A stretch of 64,000 nt of DNA, from NCBI GenBank assembly GCA_039189765.1, contig JBCCYL010000021.1, positions 17,011 to 81,010 on the forward strand, in the 5' to 3' direction. Position numbers and translations under genes: made by a program. The first letter of the stretch is position 1; the number at the start of each line of letters is the position of its first letter. Of the stretch, positions 1-10,417 are shown piece by piece. A model generated the notes under the pieces. That model was not told the DNA's origin, ran no database searches, and saw only the letters and a program-made list of their open reading frames with translations. This DNA is from Cyanobacteria bacterium P01_F01_bin.150. Lineage in GTDB: Bacteria > Cyanobacteriota > Cyanobacteriia > CAKZMO01.

Positions 1-1
1 C

Positions 2-3000
2 GGCGAAATCGTAACAGCGATTCGACAGGCCGTCTCCCAACACCATGCCTTACAGACCTATGCCGTAGTGCTGCTAAAAACCGGCAACGTACCCAAAACC
101 TCCAGCGGCAAGATTCAGCGCCACGCCTGTAAGAGAGGATTTTTAGACAATAGCCTTAAAGTTGTGGGGCAGTGGAGAGAAGGAGAACTAAAGGCAGAAG
201 GCAGAAGGCAGAAGGCAGAAGGCGTGGGCGAGATCCCGTCCAAAATCCAAAATCTAAAATCCAAAATCCAAAATCCTCTCAATGATGCCCTGCGGCTGTC
301 GATTAATACGTCCAATGAGGCTCGTCGGCGTTTGCGGATTCCTCAAGCTGGGGCGATCGCGTCTATCCAAACTTGGCTGATCAACCAGGTGGCTCGGATG
401 CTGAAGGTGACGCCGGATATGATTGATATTCATGAGCCGCTGGCTCGCTATGGGTTAGATTCCATTGCGGCGGTGCGATTGTCGGGGGCGTTGGAGGATT
501 GGTTGGGGCGATCGCTGTCTCCGACCCTGGCGTATGACTATCCGTCCATTGCGGCGCTGTCAAAATATTTGAGTGCGGAGCCTGATGCCTTGGCGACCGA
601 GGCGGAACTGGTGCGTCAGTCATCCCAGTACAAACGTCGTATTAGTGATGAGGCGATTGCTATTGTCGGCATGGGCTGTCGCTTTCCTGGGGCGAATAAT
701 CCGGAGGAGTTTTGGCAGTTACTACGGGAGGGCCGGGATGCCATTACCGTGCTGGATGAGGGCGATCGCTGGTCCGGACATCGGTCGGCTAAAGTCGGGG
801 GATTTTTAAGTCAGCGGGTGGATGAATTTGACCCCCAATTTTTTGGGATTTCTCCCCGTGAGGCAAATCGTATGGACCCCCAGCAGCGTCTGTTGCTGGA
901 GGTCAGTTGGGAAGCCTTGGAGCAAGCAGGAATCGCGCCTACTCATTTGGCCGGAACGTCCACGGGAGTCTTTGTGGGCATCAGCAGTAGCGACTATTCC
1001 CATCTGCAAGCACGGGAAATGACCACCGATCCCTACTCCGGTACGGGTAACGCCCACAGCATTGCGGCAAATCGATTGTCCTATGTCCTGGATTTACGAG
1101 GCCCTTCCCTGACAGTGGATACCGCCTGCTCATCGTCGCTGGTTGCGCTCCACAATGCCACCCGGTCTTTACAAAATGGCGAGTGTGACCAGGCGATCGC
1201 CGCTGGGGTCAATCTTATCCTGTCCCCCGATTTAACCTTAACCTTTGCCGATGCCGGGATGCTAGCGGCAGATGGTCGTTGTAAGACATTTTCGGCGGCT
1301 GCGGATGGCTATGTGCGGGGGGAAGGCTGTGGGGTGGTGATTCTTAAGCGCCTCAGTGATGCTCAGAGAGACGGAGATAGCGTGCTGGCGGTGGTTAAAG
1401 GCGCAGCCGTTAATCAGGATGGCCGCAGCAATGGCTTGACGGCTCCCAATGGCCTGGCCCAGCAGGCGGTTATTCAAGCGGCCCTACAGCGGGCGGATGT
1501 CTCGGCAATCGATATTCAGTATGTAGATGCCCACGGGACAGGCACCGTATTGGGTGATCCGATTGAGCTAAATGCATTGAAAGCTGTCCTATCCCAAGGG
1601 CGAGAGTCTAATCAGCGCTGTTGGATTGGGTCGGTTAAGACAAATATCGGTCATTTAGAAGCAGCGGCGGGAATGGCCAGCCTAATTAAGGTGATCTTGG
1701 CGCTTCAGCATAGTGAACTGCCGCCCCACCTGCATGTCCAGGAGCTTAATCCTCACGTATCTTGGGAGGATGGACCGCTGACGGTGGTATCGAATCGACA
1801 GGAATGGAGTCGTTTGGATTCCCCTCGTTTAGCTGGTATTAGCTCCTTTGGCTTTGGTGGCACCAATGCCCATGTGATTGTGTCAGAGGGACCTGTTGCC
1901 AATAACAGTGATAAGCACGACGCAGATAGCGCTAAGGAAAATTCCCAAACGGCTGGGCTACGGGCCTTAACCCAACCTCCGCCATTATCCGCTAGTCATT
2001 ATTTGCTAACTCTGTCGGCTAAAACTCCTAATGCTTTGGCGGATCTCACGCAATCCTATAGTGATTTTTTAAATCGATATCCCGATGAGAGCTTGGCAAA
2101 CATTTGCGCGACAGCTCACCTGGGGCGATCGCATTTTCCCCATCGTTTGGCAATTATTGCCCAATCGAATGATGACCTTGGCAAACAGCTTCAGCTATAC
2201 AAAAAGCAGGAGCCTTCTGGGACCAGAATTTCTAATGAAATCAACCCTGGGGGGGCGCTGTCTAAACTGGCTTTTCTATTCACAGGTCAAGGTTCCCAGT
2301 ATCCAAATATGGGATATGACCTGTACCAAAGCCAACCTGTGTTTCGTAGGGTTATTGACGAGTGCGATCGCATTCTTCAAACCCACCTAGAATATCCTTT
2401 ACTCCACGTTCTCTATCCTGAAGAACGACGTAAAAAGAGCCATGAACGACCTTTACCTGAGGGCCTAATCCATCAGACTCGCTATACTCAACCCATATTA
2501 TTTGCGGTGGAATATGCGCTGGCGGAGCTATGGCAATCCTGGGGCATCTATCCCGATGTGGTGATGGGCCACAGCGTTGGAGAATATGTAGCGGCCTGTG
2601 TCGCTGGCATTTTGAGTCTGGAGGATGGTCTGAGACTGATTGCGGCGCGATCGCGTCTAATGCAGAATCTGCCAGCGAATGGAGCCATGGTTGCCGTTTT
2701 TACCTCAGCACAACAGGTGACTTCGATTATTGAAGCCTACGCTCAAACCAACGGTTCAGTTGCTGTCGATATCGCCGCCGTTAACGGCCCTGAGAATACG
2801 GTCATTTCTGGTGAGAAAGGAGCGATCGCCACTGTCACTAACGTTTTTAAAGCGCAAGGCATTACAACCAAACCGCTTAATGTCTCCCATGCTTTTCACT
2901 CATCGCTAATGGCCCCCATCCTCAGTAGCTTTGAGGCGATCTCCCAAACCATTACATTTCATCCTCCCCAACTGCCCATTGTCTCTAACGTGACGGGAAC

Positions 3001-6000
3001 CTTATATGCGTCCTCAACGGAGGAGACCACCTTAGAAACTGGTACAAACAATGGCAGTGCTAATCCAATGTGCTCCCATACCTACTGGAGCCGCCACATC
3101 CGACAGGCAGTCCAGTTTGCTCCCAGTATGGAAACCCTATTTAAGTCAGGCTACAGCACATTTTTGGAAGTCGGCCCCAAACCCACCCTCCTGACCATGG
3201 CCCAACGCTGCCAAGTAAAGGCAGAAGGCAGAAGGCAGAAGGCAGAATCGTCGGCCAACTCTCCAACTCCCCAACTTCCCAACTCCCCAACTCCCCAACT
3301 CCCCAACTCCCCAAACCAATGGCTCCACAGCCTCCGCCCCAATCAGCCAGATTGGTCAGTGCTCTTAAAAACCGCAGCCCAACTCTACACCTCTGGCCAT
3401 CCCCTCAATTGGAATGGTATTGCCGCTGGACAGTCCGTACAGCGAATTCATCATTTACCCACCTATCCTTGGCAAAAGCAGCGGTTTTGGTTTGCGCCGC
3501 AATGGGATGTTCAGCCGTGGGATGTTCAGCCGTTGACAAATGGCCTTACGTCTTCAGAACAGGCATCTGTGGCCTCTAGCTCAGACTTACTATATGGATT
3601 GGAATGGCGATCGCAACCCCGTCAGGCTAATGCCGCAAAACTTGATAGGTCAGGTACTTGGATTATTGCGACAATGGATGGCCAACCATCGGCACTTGCT
3701 GCTCAAATTGCCCATAGATTAGACGAACAGGGGCAAAAACAGCTAACCGTTGAGATTGGCGATCGCCCTGCTGAGGCGTTGGCCGATCACCTTGGGACCA
3801 TTGAAGGTAATATTGACAGAGTATTGTTGGTTGCTTCCGACAATGCCAATAAAAATAGCCCCAATCTTTTCCAACCCTGCCAAGCCGCATTAACGCTGGT
3901 GCAGTCGCTAGTGCAACTAAGCCAGGGCGATCGCCAATCCCTCCGCAATTCAGACCCATATCCTAATCTCTGGATCATTACCCAAAATAGCGTTCTGATT
4001 GATGATCCATCATCGCAGGGACTCTTGAATTCCAATGAGGTCACTCCAGAAGCAGAGTTATCAGGTATAACCCTTGCCCAATCAACTTTATGGGGGCTGG
4101 GAAAAGTTGTTGCCTTAGAACATCCCGACCTATGGGGCGGCCTTCTTGACGTGGAGGTAAGCCATAATCAACCGCCATCTGTAGAGGACAAGGTTATTAC
4201 CGCTATCATTGACGACTGTTCGGATAGTGACGGCGAAAGTGCGATCGCCTTCCACCATAATCAACGCTATGTCCAGCGCCTAACTAGCCTTAGCCCTCTC
4301 TCTCAAAAGCAAGAACTAGATACAACAGAACCATCAATCGCCCCCCCGACCAAAGGCGAACTAAAGGGGAACTCCAGTCAATCCAAAATGCTACAAGATA
4401 CCTACCTAATTACAGGGGGACTTGGCTCCTTGGGCCTAACGATTGCTCAGTGGTTGTTTGAACAGCATGGTATGACTCATCTCACTTTGGTGGGGCGACG
4501 GCAGCCATCAGAAGCGGCCCAGAAGGCGATCGCTCAGCTTCAAAACCAGGGCGCAACGATTCACACGGCTCAGGCTGATATTGCCCAATCCAATGAAGTT
4601 GCTAATTTGTTACAACAGCTCCAATCTCAGGGGCTAAATTTAAAGGGCATTATTCATGGAGCTGGAGTACTACAAGACGGTGTTCTCCAAAGTCAAACCT
4701 GGGACAATTTTGCGACAGTGCTAGCTCCCAAAGTCAATGGAGCCTGGAATCTACACCAGCTTACCCAGTCCTACGATTTAGACTGCTTTGTACTATTTTC
4801 TTCGGTGGCATCTTTGCTTGGCTCCCCTGGTCAAGGCAACTATGCCGCAGCAAATGGGTTTATGGATACCCTGGCCCAATATCGGCAACATCAAGGTCTA
4901 CCTGCGCTTAGCATTAATTGGGGTCCCTGGGCGCAAGGGGGGATGGCAAGCAGCGTTGGTGATGCCTTGCAGGAGCGGTTAACCCGTAATGGTTTTAACC
5001 TCCTGGAACCTGAACAAGCCCTAACGACTTTATCCAATCTTATGTTTGGCGATCCCCAGTCATCATTACCAGCCCAAGTGGGTGTTGCAGATATTGATTG
5101 GACCCAGATGGGTAAGCGGTTAACGACCGCTCAGCGGACATTTTTATCTCCAGTTTTGGAGAATCGGAATCGCTCCTTTGAATCAATAGTTGATTCAACT
5201 ATTGATGGGACATCGTCAATGGGTGTCTCTCGCCTCATTGATACGGTGTTGGCAGTGGCAGTAGGCGATCGCTCCACCTTTTTTGCTACCTACCTCCAGC
5301 AGCAAATCAGCCAAGTCCTCCAGCTACCAGAAAATACCCTATCTGGCGACAGCAATCTAATGGACGTGGGCATGGACTCTTTGATGGTTATGGAATCCAT
5401 CAATCAACTACGGCAAGACTTTAGCCTGATGCTCTATCCTCGGGAGTTTTACGAACATCCCACCATTGGGACACTATCGGCCTATTTAGCCCAAGAGTTT
5501 AATCGGATGTACTCAGAGGATTCTTTCCAAACCCCTGAGTCCACTAAGGGCTTACCCCTGGTTATCCCTACTCTCCAAGGCATCAGCGATGCAGTAACCC
5601 TACACCAAGTTAAGCGGCTCCCTCCCGCCGTGTTTATTCTTTCCAGCCCCCGCTCTGGCTCTACGCTGCTGCGGGTGATGTTGGCAGGCCACTCTCGCCT
5701 ATTTGCCGCGCCCGAACTGCACCTGCTGCCCTTTGACCGGATGGCAGAACGGCAAGAACAATTGGGAGAGTCCCACCTTAGTGAGGGGCTAGAGCGATCA
5801 CTGATGGACCTTAACCGTTGGGATAGCGAGACTAGCCGCATCCATGTTCAGCAGTGGCTCGACCAAAATGCCCCTACAGCAGACGTATATGCAGCCATCC
5901 AAAGCATGGCCCAAGGACGCACCTTGGTCGATAAATCACCTACCTACGCCATGCATCGTGCCACATTGGATCGGGCTGAAGCCATTTTCCAAAATGCCAA

Positions 6001-7573
6001 ATATATCCATCTGGTCCGTCACCCTTACTCGGTGATGGAATCTTTCGCGAGGATGCGAATGGATAAATTGTTGGGGATTCCCGCAACCAATCCCTATGGT
6101 CTGGCCGAGCGAATTTGGAGCCAAAGCAACCAAAATATCCTTGATTTTGCTAGCACTATTGATGCCAATCGCCTCCATTTGCTCCAGTACGAAGACTTGG
6201 TACGGGATCCTGCTGCTACCCTAAAGCAGCTATGTCAATTTCTGGGAATTGACTTGGAGGACTCACTGCTCAATCCCTATGAAGGCGATCGCATGACCGA
6301 CGGAGTTTATGAAAAATCCCTGTCCTTGGGCGATCCCAACTTCTTACTTCATCAAAAAATAGATTCATCTTTAGCAGACGCATGGAAAACAATTGATTTA
6401 CCCCATCGGTTAGGCGAGCAGGGACAGGCGATCGCCCAAACCTTCCGCTATAAGCTACCTCAAGACAGCCTTACTACTAACCATAGTCTTGCTAGTGATA
6501 GTCTTGCTAACGAGACATTCCAAGACTCGCAAAACCTTACTGTCCAAAAAGATGATGCGTTGGGTTTCCTCGTGTCAACCCAACCTACGTCCGCGATATC
6601 TGCCGAGTTACTGGAGGCGCTCGCACCCACTGAGCACACTGTCACGCTCAACGGTCTGACTCATAAAATTTGTATTTGGGGTGATCAGGATGCACCTCCG
6701 GTTGTTTGTATTCACGGCGTCTTAGACCAAGGCTATATCTGGCACCCTGTCGCTCAATCGTTAGTCCAGCAAGGATATCGAGTCATTGCCCCTGATTTAC
6801 GCGGCCACGGCCAGTCCTCCCATGTCGGTCCCGGCGGCTCCTATCATCTCCTAGATTTTCTCTCCGATATTGACGCCGTTATTGATTGGTTATACCCTAC
6901 TTTGAAGGCAGAAGGTAGAAGGCAGAAGGCTGAAATAAAGGCAGAAGACGGAACTCCCCAACTCCCCAACTCCCCAACTCCCCAACTCCCCAACTCCCTA
7001 ACTCTCGTGGGTCACTCCATGGGGTCAATTATTGCAGCGCTATATGCTAGTAGCCGAACGGAGCGGGTGCGATCGCTCGTTATGGTGGAAACAATTTTGC
7101 CTGCGGAAAAACGAGCTGAAGTTCGGGATCAGCTCACGACCTTACTTGATGCCCATTCCCAGACTCCAGACCATCCTATTTTTCCCGATATTGAAACGGC
7201 AGCTCGACGGTTACGGCAAGGTACACCATCATTGCCGGAGGACTTTTCAATGGCCTTGGCTGATCGCATCTGTAAAGCAGCAGACGGAAAAGACGGCATT
7301 CAATGGGCCTGGGATCCTAAGTTGCGCAACCGCACTGGCATTGGCTTTAGCCGTATGCCGTTTGGTCGGTCCGATTACCTAAAATTACTCAGTGAGCTGT
7401 CCGTACCTGTGACCCTAGTGTATGGCGATCGCAGCACCTTTAACCGCCCCGCAGATCTGGAGGCTCAGGCCAATGCCCTATCCCAAGCCCAACGGGTTGT
7501 ACTGTCTGGTGGTCACAATATCCATATCGATGCGTTTTTAGATTTGGGTAAACTTATTGGAACTCAATTCTAA
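2..7573 (+). CDS. ols: Olefin synthase-type modular PKS (FAAL C-terminus, ACP, KS, AT, KR, ACP, sulfotransferase, thioesterase); 5' end lies upstream of the window
   Basis: Frame is open from base 2 (GEIVTAIRQAVSQHH...). Motifs: FAAL PKTSSGKIQR; ACP GLDSIAAV; KS DTACSSS/HGTGT/KTNIGHLE; AT GHSVG and HAFHS (malonyl-type); KR GGLGSLG/YAAAN; ACP GMDSLMV; sulfotransferase SPRSGSTLLR; TE GHSMG and GGHNIH. Confidence 0.93.
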   Translation, partial: GEIVTAIRQAVSQHHALQTYAVVLLKTGNVPKTSSGKIQRHACKRGFLDNSLKVVGQWREGELKAEGRRQKAEGVGEIPSKIQNLKSKIQNPLNDALRLSINTSNEARRRLRIPQAGAIASIQTWLINQVARMLKVTPDMIDIHEPLARYGLDSIAAVRLSGALEDWLGRSLSPTLAYDYPSIAALSKYLSAEPDALATEAELVRQSSQYKRRISDEAIAIVGMGCRFPGANNPEEFWQLLREGRDAITVLDEGDRWSGHRSAKVGGFLSQRVDEFDPQFFGISPREANRMDPQQRLLLEVSWEALEQAGIAPTHLAGTSTGVFVGISSSDYSHLQAREMTTDPYSGTGNAHSIAANRLSYVLDLRGPSLTVDTACSSSLVALHNATRSLQNGECDQAIAAGVNLILSPDLTLTFADAGMLAADGRCKTFSAAADGYVRGEGCGVVILKRLSDAQRDGDSVLAVVKGAAVNQDGRSNGLTAPNGLAQQAVIQAALQRADVSAIDIQYVDAHGTGTVLGDPIELNALKAVLSQGRESNQRCWIGSVKTNIGHLEAAAGMASLIKVILALQHSELPPHLHVQELNPHVSWEDGPLTVVSNRQEWSRLDSPRLAGISSFGFGGTNAHVIVSEGPVANNSDKHDADSAKENSQTAGLRALTQPPPLSASHYLLTLSAKTPNALADLTQSYSDFLNRYPDESLANICATAHLGRSHFPHRLAIIAQSNDDLGKQLQLYKKQEPSGTRISNEINPGGALSKLAFLFTGQGSQYPNMGYDLYQSQPVFRRVIDECDRILQTHLEYPLLHVLYPEERRKKSHERPLPEGLIHQTRYTQPILFAVEYALAELWQSWGIYPDVVMGHSVGEYVAACVAGILSLEDGLRLIAARSRLMQNLPANGAMVAVFTSAQQVTSIIEAYAQTNGSVAVDIAAVNGPENTVISGEKGAIATVTNVFKAQGITTKPLNVSHAFHSSLMAPILSSFEAISQTITFHPPQLPIVSNVTGTLYASSTEETTLETGTNNGSANPMCSHTYWSRHIRQAVQFAPSMETLFKSGYSTFLEVGPKPTLLTMAQRCQVKAEGRRQKAESSANSPTPQLPNSPTPQLPNSPNQWLHSLRPNQPDWSVLLKTAAQLYTSGHPLNWNGIAAGQSVQRIHHLPTYPWQKQRFWFAPQWDVQPWDVQPLTNGLTSSEQASVASSSDLLYGLEWRSQPRQANAAKLDRSGTWIIATMDGQPSALAAQIAHRLDEQGQKQLTVEIGDRPAEALADHLGTIEGNIDRVLLVASDNANKNSPNLFQPCQAALTLVQSLVQLSQGDRQSLRNSDPYPNLWIITQNSVLIDDPSSQGLLNSNEVTPEAELSGITLAQSTLWGLGKVVALEHPDLWGGLLDVEVSHNQPPSVEDKVITAIIDDCSDSDGESAIAFHHNQRYVQRLTSLSPLSQKQELDTTEPSIAPPTKGELKGNSSQSKMLQDTYLITGGLGSLGLTIAQWLFEQHGMTHLTLVGRRQPSEAAQKAIAQLQNQGATIHTAQADIAQSNEVANLLQQLQSQGLNLKGIIHGAGVLQDGVLQSQTWDNFATVLAPKVNGAWNLHQLTQSYDLDCFVLFSSVASLLGSPGQGNYAAANGFMDTLAQYRQHQGLPALSINWGPWAQGGMASSVGDALQERLTRNGFNLLEPEQALTTLSNLMFGDPQSSLPAQVGVADIDWTQMGKRLTTAQRTFLSPVLENRNRSFESIVDSTIDGTSSMGVSRLIDTVLAVAVGDRSTFFATYLQQQISQVLQLPENTLSGDSNLMDVGMDSLMVMESINQLRQDFSLMLYPREFYEHPTIGTLSAYLAQEFNRMYSEDSFQTPESTKGLPLVIPTLQGISDAVTLHQVKRLPPAVFILSSPRSGSTLLRVMLAGHSRLFAAPELHLLPFDRMAERQEQLGESHLSEGLERSLMDLNRWDSETSRIHVQQWLDQNAPTADVYAAIQSMAQGRTLVDKSPTYAMHRATLDRAEAIFQNAKYIHLVRHPYSVMESFARMRMDKLLGIPATNPYGLAERIWSQSNQNILDFASTIDANRLHLLQYEDLVRDPAATLKQLCQFLGIDLEDSLLNPYEGDRMTDGVYEKSLSLGDPNFLLHQKIDSSLADAWKTIDLPHRLGEQGQAIAQTFRYKLPQDSLTTNHSLASDSLANETFQDSQNLTVQKDDALGFLVSTQPTSAISAELLEALAPTEHTVTLNGLTHKICIWGDQDAPPVVCIHGVLDQGYIWHPVAQSLVQQGYRVIAPDLRGHGQSSHVGPGGSYHLLDFLSDIDAVIDWLYPTLKAEGRRQKAEIKAEDGTPQLPNSPTPQLPNSLTLVGHSMGSIIAALYASSRTERVRSLVMVETILPAEKRAEVRDQLTTLLDAHSQTPDHPIFPDIETAARRLRQGTPSLPEDFSMALADRICKAADGKDGIQWAWDPKLRNRTGIGFSRMPFGRSDYLKLLSELSVPVTLVYGDRSTFNRPADLEAQANALSQAQRVVLSGGHNIHIDAFLDLGKLIGTQF
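191..275 (+). repeat. In-frame short tandem repeats (AAGGCAG)x4.7 at 191-223 and (CAAAATC)x5 at 241-275 in the FAAL-ACP linker
   Basis: Read directly; encode KAEGRRQKAEG and SKIQNLKSKIQN; STRR-like heptamers. Confidence 0.95.
3218..3314 (+). repeat. In-frame (AAGGCAG)x4 at 3218-3247 plus about 7 CCCCAACT octamers at 3255-3314, at the end of the AT domain
   Basis: Read directly; encode KAEGRRQKAE...SPTPQLPNSPTPQLPNSP. Confidence 0.95.
6905..7005 (+). repeat. In-frame AAGGCAG heptamers plus CCCCAACT octamers inside the thioesterase domain
   Basis: Read directly; KAEGRRQKAEIKAEDGTPQLPNSPTPQLPNS lies immediately before LTLVGHSMG. Confidence 0.95.
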
Positions 7574-7713
7574 TCTTCTATCTCTCAGTAGTACTTTTGA
7601 AATATGATGGAACATGCAGAACAGGCACATTTATGGGTACATCCATTAAATTGATGTCTGCAATGCTGCCATTAAACTACATTTAGGTTGTTAAGCTCCT
7701 GATAGGATTCGCC

Positions 7714-8499
7714 ATGTCCCATGACATCACAATAAAAATTGTTTTATCTGGGACAGACATGCAGCCTGGAAATATTCGATCGAAAGAAATTGCAGAAGTC
7801 ATTGAATCTATAGAGGATGCCATCGCTGCAACCGTTATCAGCAAAAATCCAGAGTTTAGAAAAGAAGACATTCGGATCGGCTTAAAGCGCATTCATGAAG
7901 GCAGCATTGACCTAGAATTTTCTCCAAACCGATTAGAGCTGACATTACCTGCAACCCAAAAGATCGCTAAATCAATTAGAGATAATAACTTTAGTGATAT
8001 TCCCCACGCTTCCATCAGCTCTCTTAAAAAAATATCTGCTTTTACCCGTCGCCATCAGTGCAATGCTGAATTGGCTACCTGCAACGGCATGATAGAATCT
8101 CTAGCGATTTTAACTCCAGACACGGAAATCCCTGATACTCATTCAATTTCAGGAGAAACAACCCTATATGGGGAGATTATGCGCGTTGGAGGAGCCGAGC
8201 CTAAAATTCAGTTTAGAACATTATCAGGGCAAATAATTTACTGTAGTGCTTCCAAGGACGTAGTTAAACGCGCAGGTATGAAGCTTTACACAGAAGTAGG
8301 GTTAAATGGTACGGCGGCATGGAACTCAGAAACACTAGAAATTGACACATTTCATGTGACGGGGATATCTGACTACCAAGAGGGTTCTCTAGTGGAAGCA
8401 TTTGAGGCTTTCAGAGCTACAGTCCAAGATTCTTTTGACCATGTCGAAGATGTAGACCAACTTGTTCGTAAGACGCGTTATGCCAGCCCTGAGGTCTAG
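7714..8499 (+). CDS. Hypothetical protein (261 aa), putative partner/antitoxin of the downstream PIN protein; beta-rich, possibly OB-like C-terminal half
   Basis: Long ORF whose TAG abuts the PIN ATG; no recognised family. Confidence 0.75.
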   Translation: MSHDITIKIVLSGTDMQPGNIRSKEIAEVIESIEDAIAATVISKNPEFRKEDIRIGLKRIHEGSIDLEFSPNRLELTLPATQKIAKSIRDNNFSDIPHASISSLKKISAFTRRHQCNAELATCNGMIESLAILTPDTEIPDTHSISGETTLYGEIMRVGGAEPKIQFRTLSGQIIYCSASKDVVKRAGMKLYTEVGLNGTAAWNSETLEIDTFHVTGISDYQEGSLVEAFEAFRATVQDSFDHVEDVDQLVRKTRYASPEV

Positions 8500-8988
8500 A
8501 TGAATTTAGTTTGTTTTGATACGCAGATATTAATTTGGGGTGTAAAACAGCAAGCAACTCCTGGACAAGAAGCCAATATTGAAAAGGCAAGGCACCTTAT
8601 CCAAATGTGTGATGAAAATAATATAAGAGTTATTGTTCCTTCTATTGTGGTTGCCGAACTTTTGTGTAATTTGCCTAAAAAAATTCATAATGATTTTAGA
8701 CAACTAATGCAAAATCGGTTCATTGTTTCACCATTCGATACGCAGGCAGCACTTCATTTTGCCAACATGTGGCAGAGTAGATCTACAAATCGGGGCGGAA
8801 TATCCCGTTCAGAAATGAAAGCTGATTTTATGATTATTGCAATTGCGTTAGCGCACAAAGCTGAATGTATTTATAGCGAAGATGATGGCCTAACTAAGTT
8901 TGCCAAAGACTACATTTTGGTTAAGCCGTTGCCCATAGTGACCAAACAGCTTCCCATCAAAAATTTTGACCAAGGTCTTACTGACTAA
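8500..8988 (+). CDS. PIN-domain (VapC-like) ribonuclease
   Basis: PIN acidic tetrad: VCFDTQIL, VVAELL, KADFMIIAIA, IYSEDDGL; GAGG lies just upstream of the ATG. Confidence 0.85.
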   Translation: MNLVCFDTQILIWGVKQQATPGQEANIEKARHLIQMCDENNIRVIVPSIVVAELLCNLPKKIHNDFRQLMQNRFIVSPFDTQAALHFANMWQSRSTNRGGISRSEMKADFMIIAIALAHKAECIYSEDDGLTKFAKDYILVKPLPIVTKQLPIKNFDQGLTD

Positions 8989-9149
8989 ATGTATTTAATC
9001 ATACTAAAAAAAGTTAAGGACGGAAACTAAAGAGCGATGCATCCTCGTTTCCAGCTCTAAAGCACAACCCAGATAGGACGATAAGGGATAAAGCCAGAAC
9101 AGACGCGAACGCCCCAGCAAAGGAGGCGATCGCCCTTTCCCACGACGCT

Positions 9150-10289
9150 CTATTTTTTGCGGCTACTGACCTTCTTACTGCCATTCTTAGCAGCACCTAC
9201 AGGCTCGGGAACTACCTTTAAGTCAGCAGTATTTTGAAGAGGGGTAATGCTATCGTCACCTGCTTCTGAACCTTCAACAGCTTCTTCATCTAGCTTTAGA
9301 ATAGCCCGCACCTTTTTCTGAATTTCTTGGGCAAATTCAGGGTTTTCTTTCATATATGTGACTGTGTTATCGCGACCCTGGGCTAGGTTATCACCGTCAT
9401 AGCTGTACCAAGCGCCACGGCGGGTAATAATATCGTTCTCCTCTGCCAGGTCTAACAAACAGCCCAAGGTAGAAATCCCTTCGCCAAAAATTACATCAAA
9501 CTCAGCAATCCGAAATGGAGGAGCCACCTTATTTTTGGCTACTTTCACCTTGGCTCGGATTCCATATTCTTCAGTTCCCTTTTTCAGAGTCTGAATCCGA
9601 CGGATATCCATACGCACTGAGGCATAGAATTTTAACGCCTGACCACCCGTTGTTACCTCCGGGTTACCGTAGGAAATGCCGATTTTTTGACGAAGCTGAT
9701 TAAGAAAAATCACGCTACAGCCAGTGCGACCAATATTGCCGGTGATTTTCCTCAATGCTTGACTCATTAGACGGGCTTGCAGACCCACATGGGTATCGCC
9801 CATCTCTCCCTCAATTTCTGCCCGAGGCGTCAATGCCGCAACGGAGTCAACGACCACCAGATCGATGGCGTTGGAGCGGATAAGCTGATCAACAATTTCT
9901 AACCCTGCTTCCCCGGTATCAGGCTGAGAAACGAGAAGATTATCAATATCAACGCCTAAATTGCCTGCATAAATCGGGTCAAGGGCATGTTCAGCATCAA
10001 CAAACGCTGCAATACCTCCCTCCTTTTGAACTTCAGCGATCGCATGGAGCGCCACAGTCGTTTTCCCAGAACTCTCGGGACCATAAATCTCAATGACTCG
10101 GCCCTTTGGGATCCCACCTCCTAAGGCTAGGTCTAAGGTCAAAGCGCCCGTAGAGATCGTTTCAACTTTCATCTTGGCAGCATCACCAAGGCGCATAATG
10201 GTTCCTTTCCCAAAGCTACGATCAATTTGGGTTAGGACCATGTCCAACGCTTTTTGCTTTTCAGACGCTTCATTCGTTGCTTTCGCCAT
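9150..10289 (-). CDS. recA: Recombinase A
   Basis: [45 protein letters not shown]. Confidence 0.99.
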   Translation of the reverse strand: MAKATNEASEKQKALDMVLTQIDRSFGKGTIMRLGDAAKMKVETISTGALTLDLALGGGIPKGRVIEIYGPESSGKTTVALHAIAEVQKEGGIAAFVDAEHALDPIYAGNLGVDIDNLLVSQPDTGEAGLEIVDQLIRSNAIDLVVVDSVAALTPRAEIEGEMGDTHVGLQARLMSQALRKITGNIGRTGCSVIFLNQLRQKIGISYGNPEVTTGGQALKFYASVRMDIRRIQTLKKGTEEYGIRAKVKVAKNKVAPPFRIAEFDVIFGEGISTLGCLLDLAEENDIITRRGAWYSYDGDNLAQGRDNTVTYMKENPEFAQEIQKKVRAILKLDEEAVEGSEAGDDSITPLQNTADLKVVPEPVGAAKNGSKKVSSRKK

Positions 10290-10417
10290 GAGTACCTCAG
10301 AACAATAATAGTGATGACAAATGATGAGCTAGTCGCTGGAACGCTAAATCTTTCTGGAGTATCAAAAGTATGCCCATGGACTAGGAGTAATTCCCATCAA
10401 GCCGCAGCCGTCTTTTG

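Noticed and set aside
68..70. ORF-track start of the PKS at GTG 68
   Set aside because: The frame is open from base 2 and the sequence is the C-terminal end of a FAAL domain, so the real start is upstream of the window.
191..7005. Tandem repeats or family A repeats as a CRISPR array
   Set aside because: No regular repeat-spacer periodicity and no cas genes; the units are 7-8 nt tandem arrays or are dispersed kilobases apart.
7590..7603. AGTACTTTTGAAAT as a LexA box upstream of the PIN module
   Set aside because: Only the left half-site matches.
9014..9196. 60-aa minus-strand ORF overlapping the recA 3' end
   Set aside because: Overlaps recA and its likely terminator region; no recognisable motifs.
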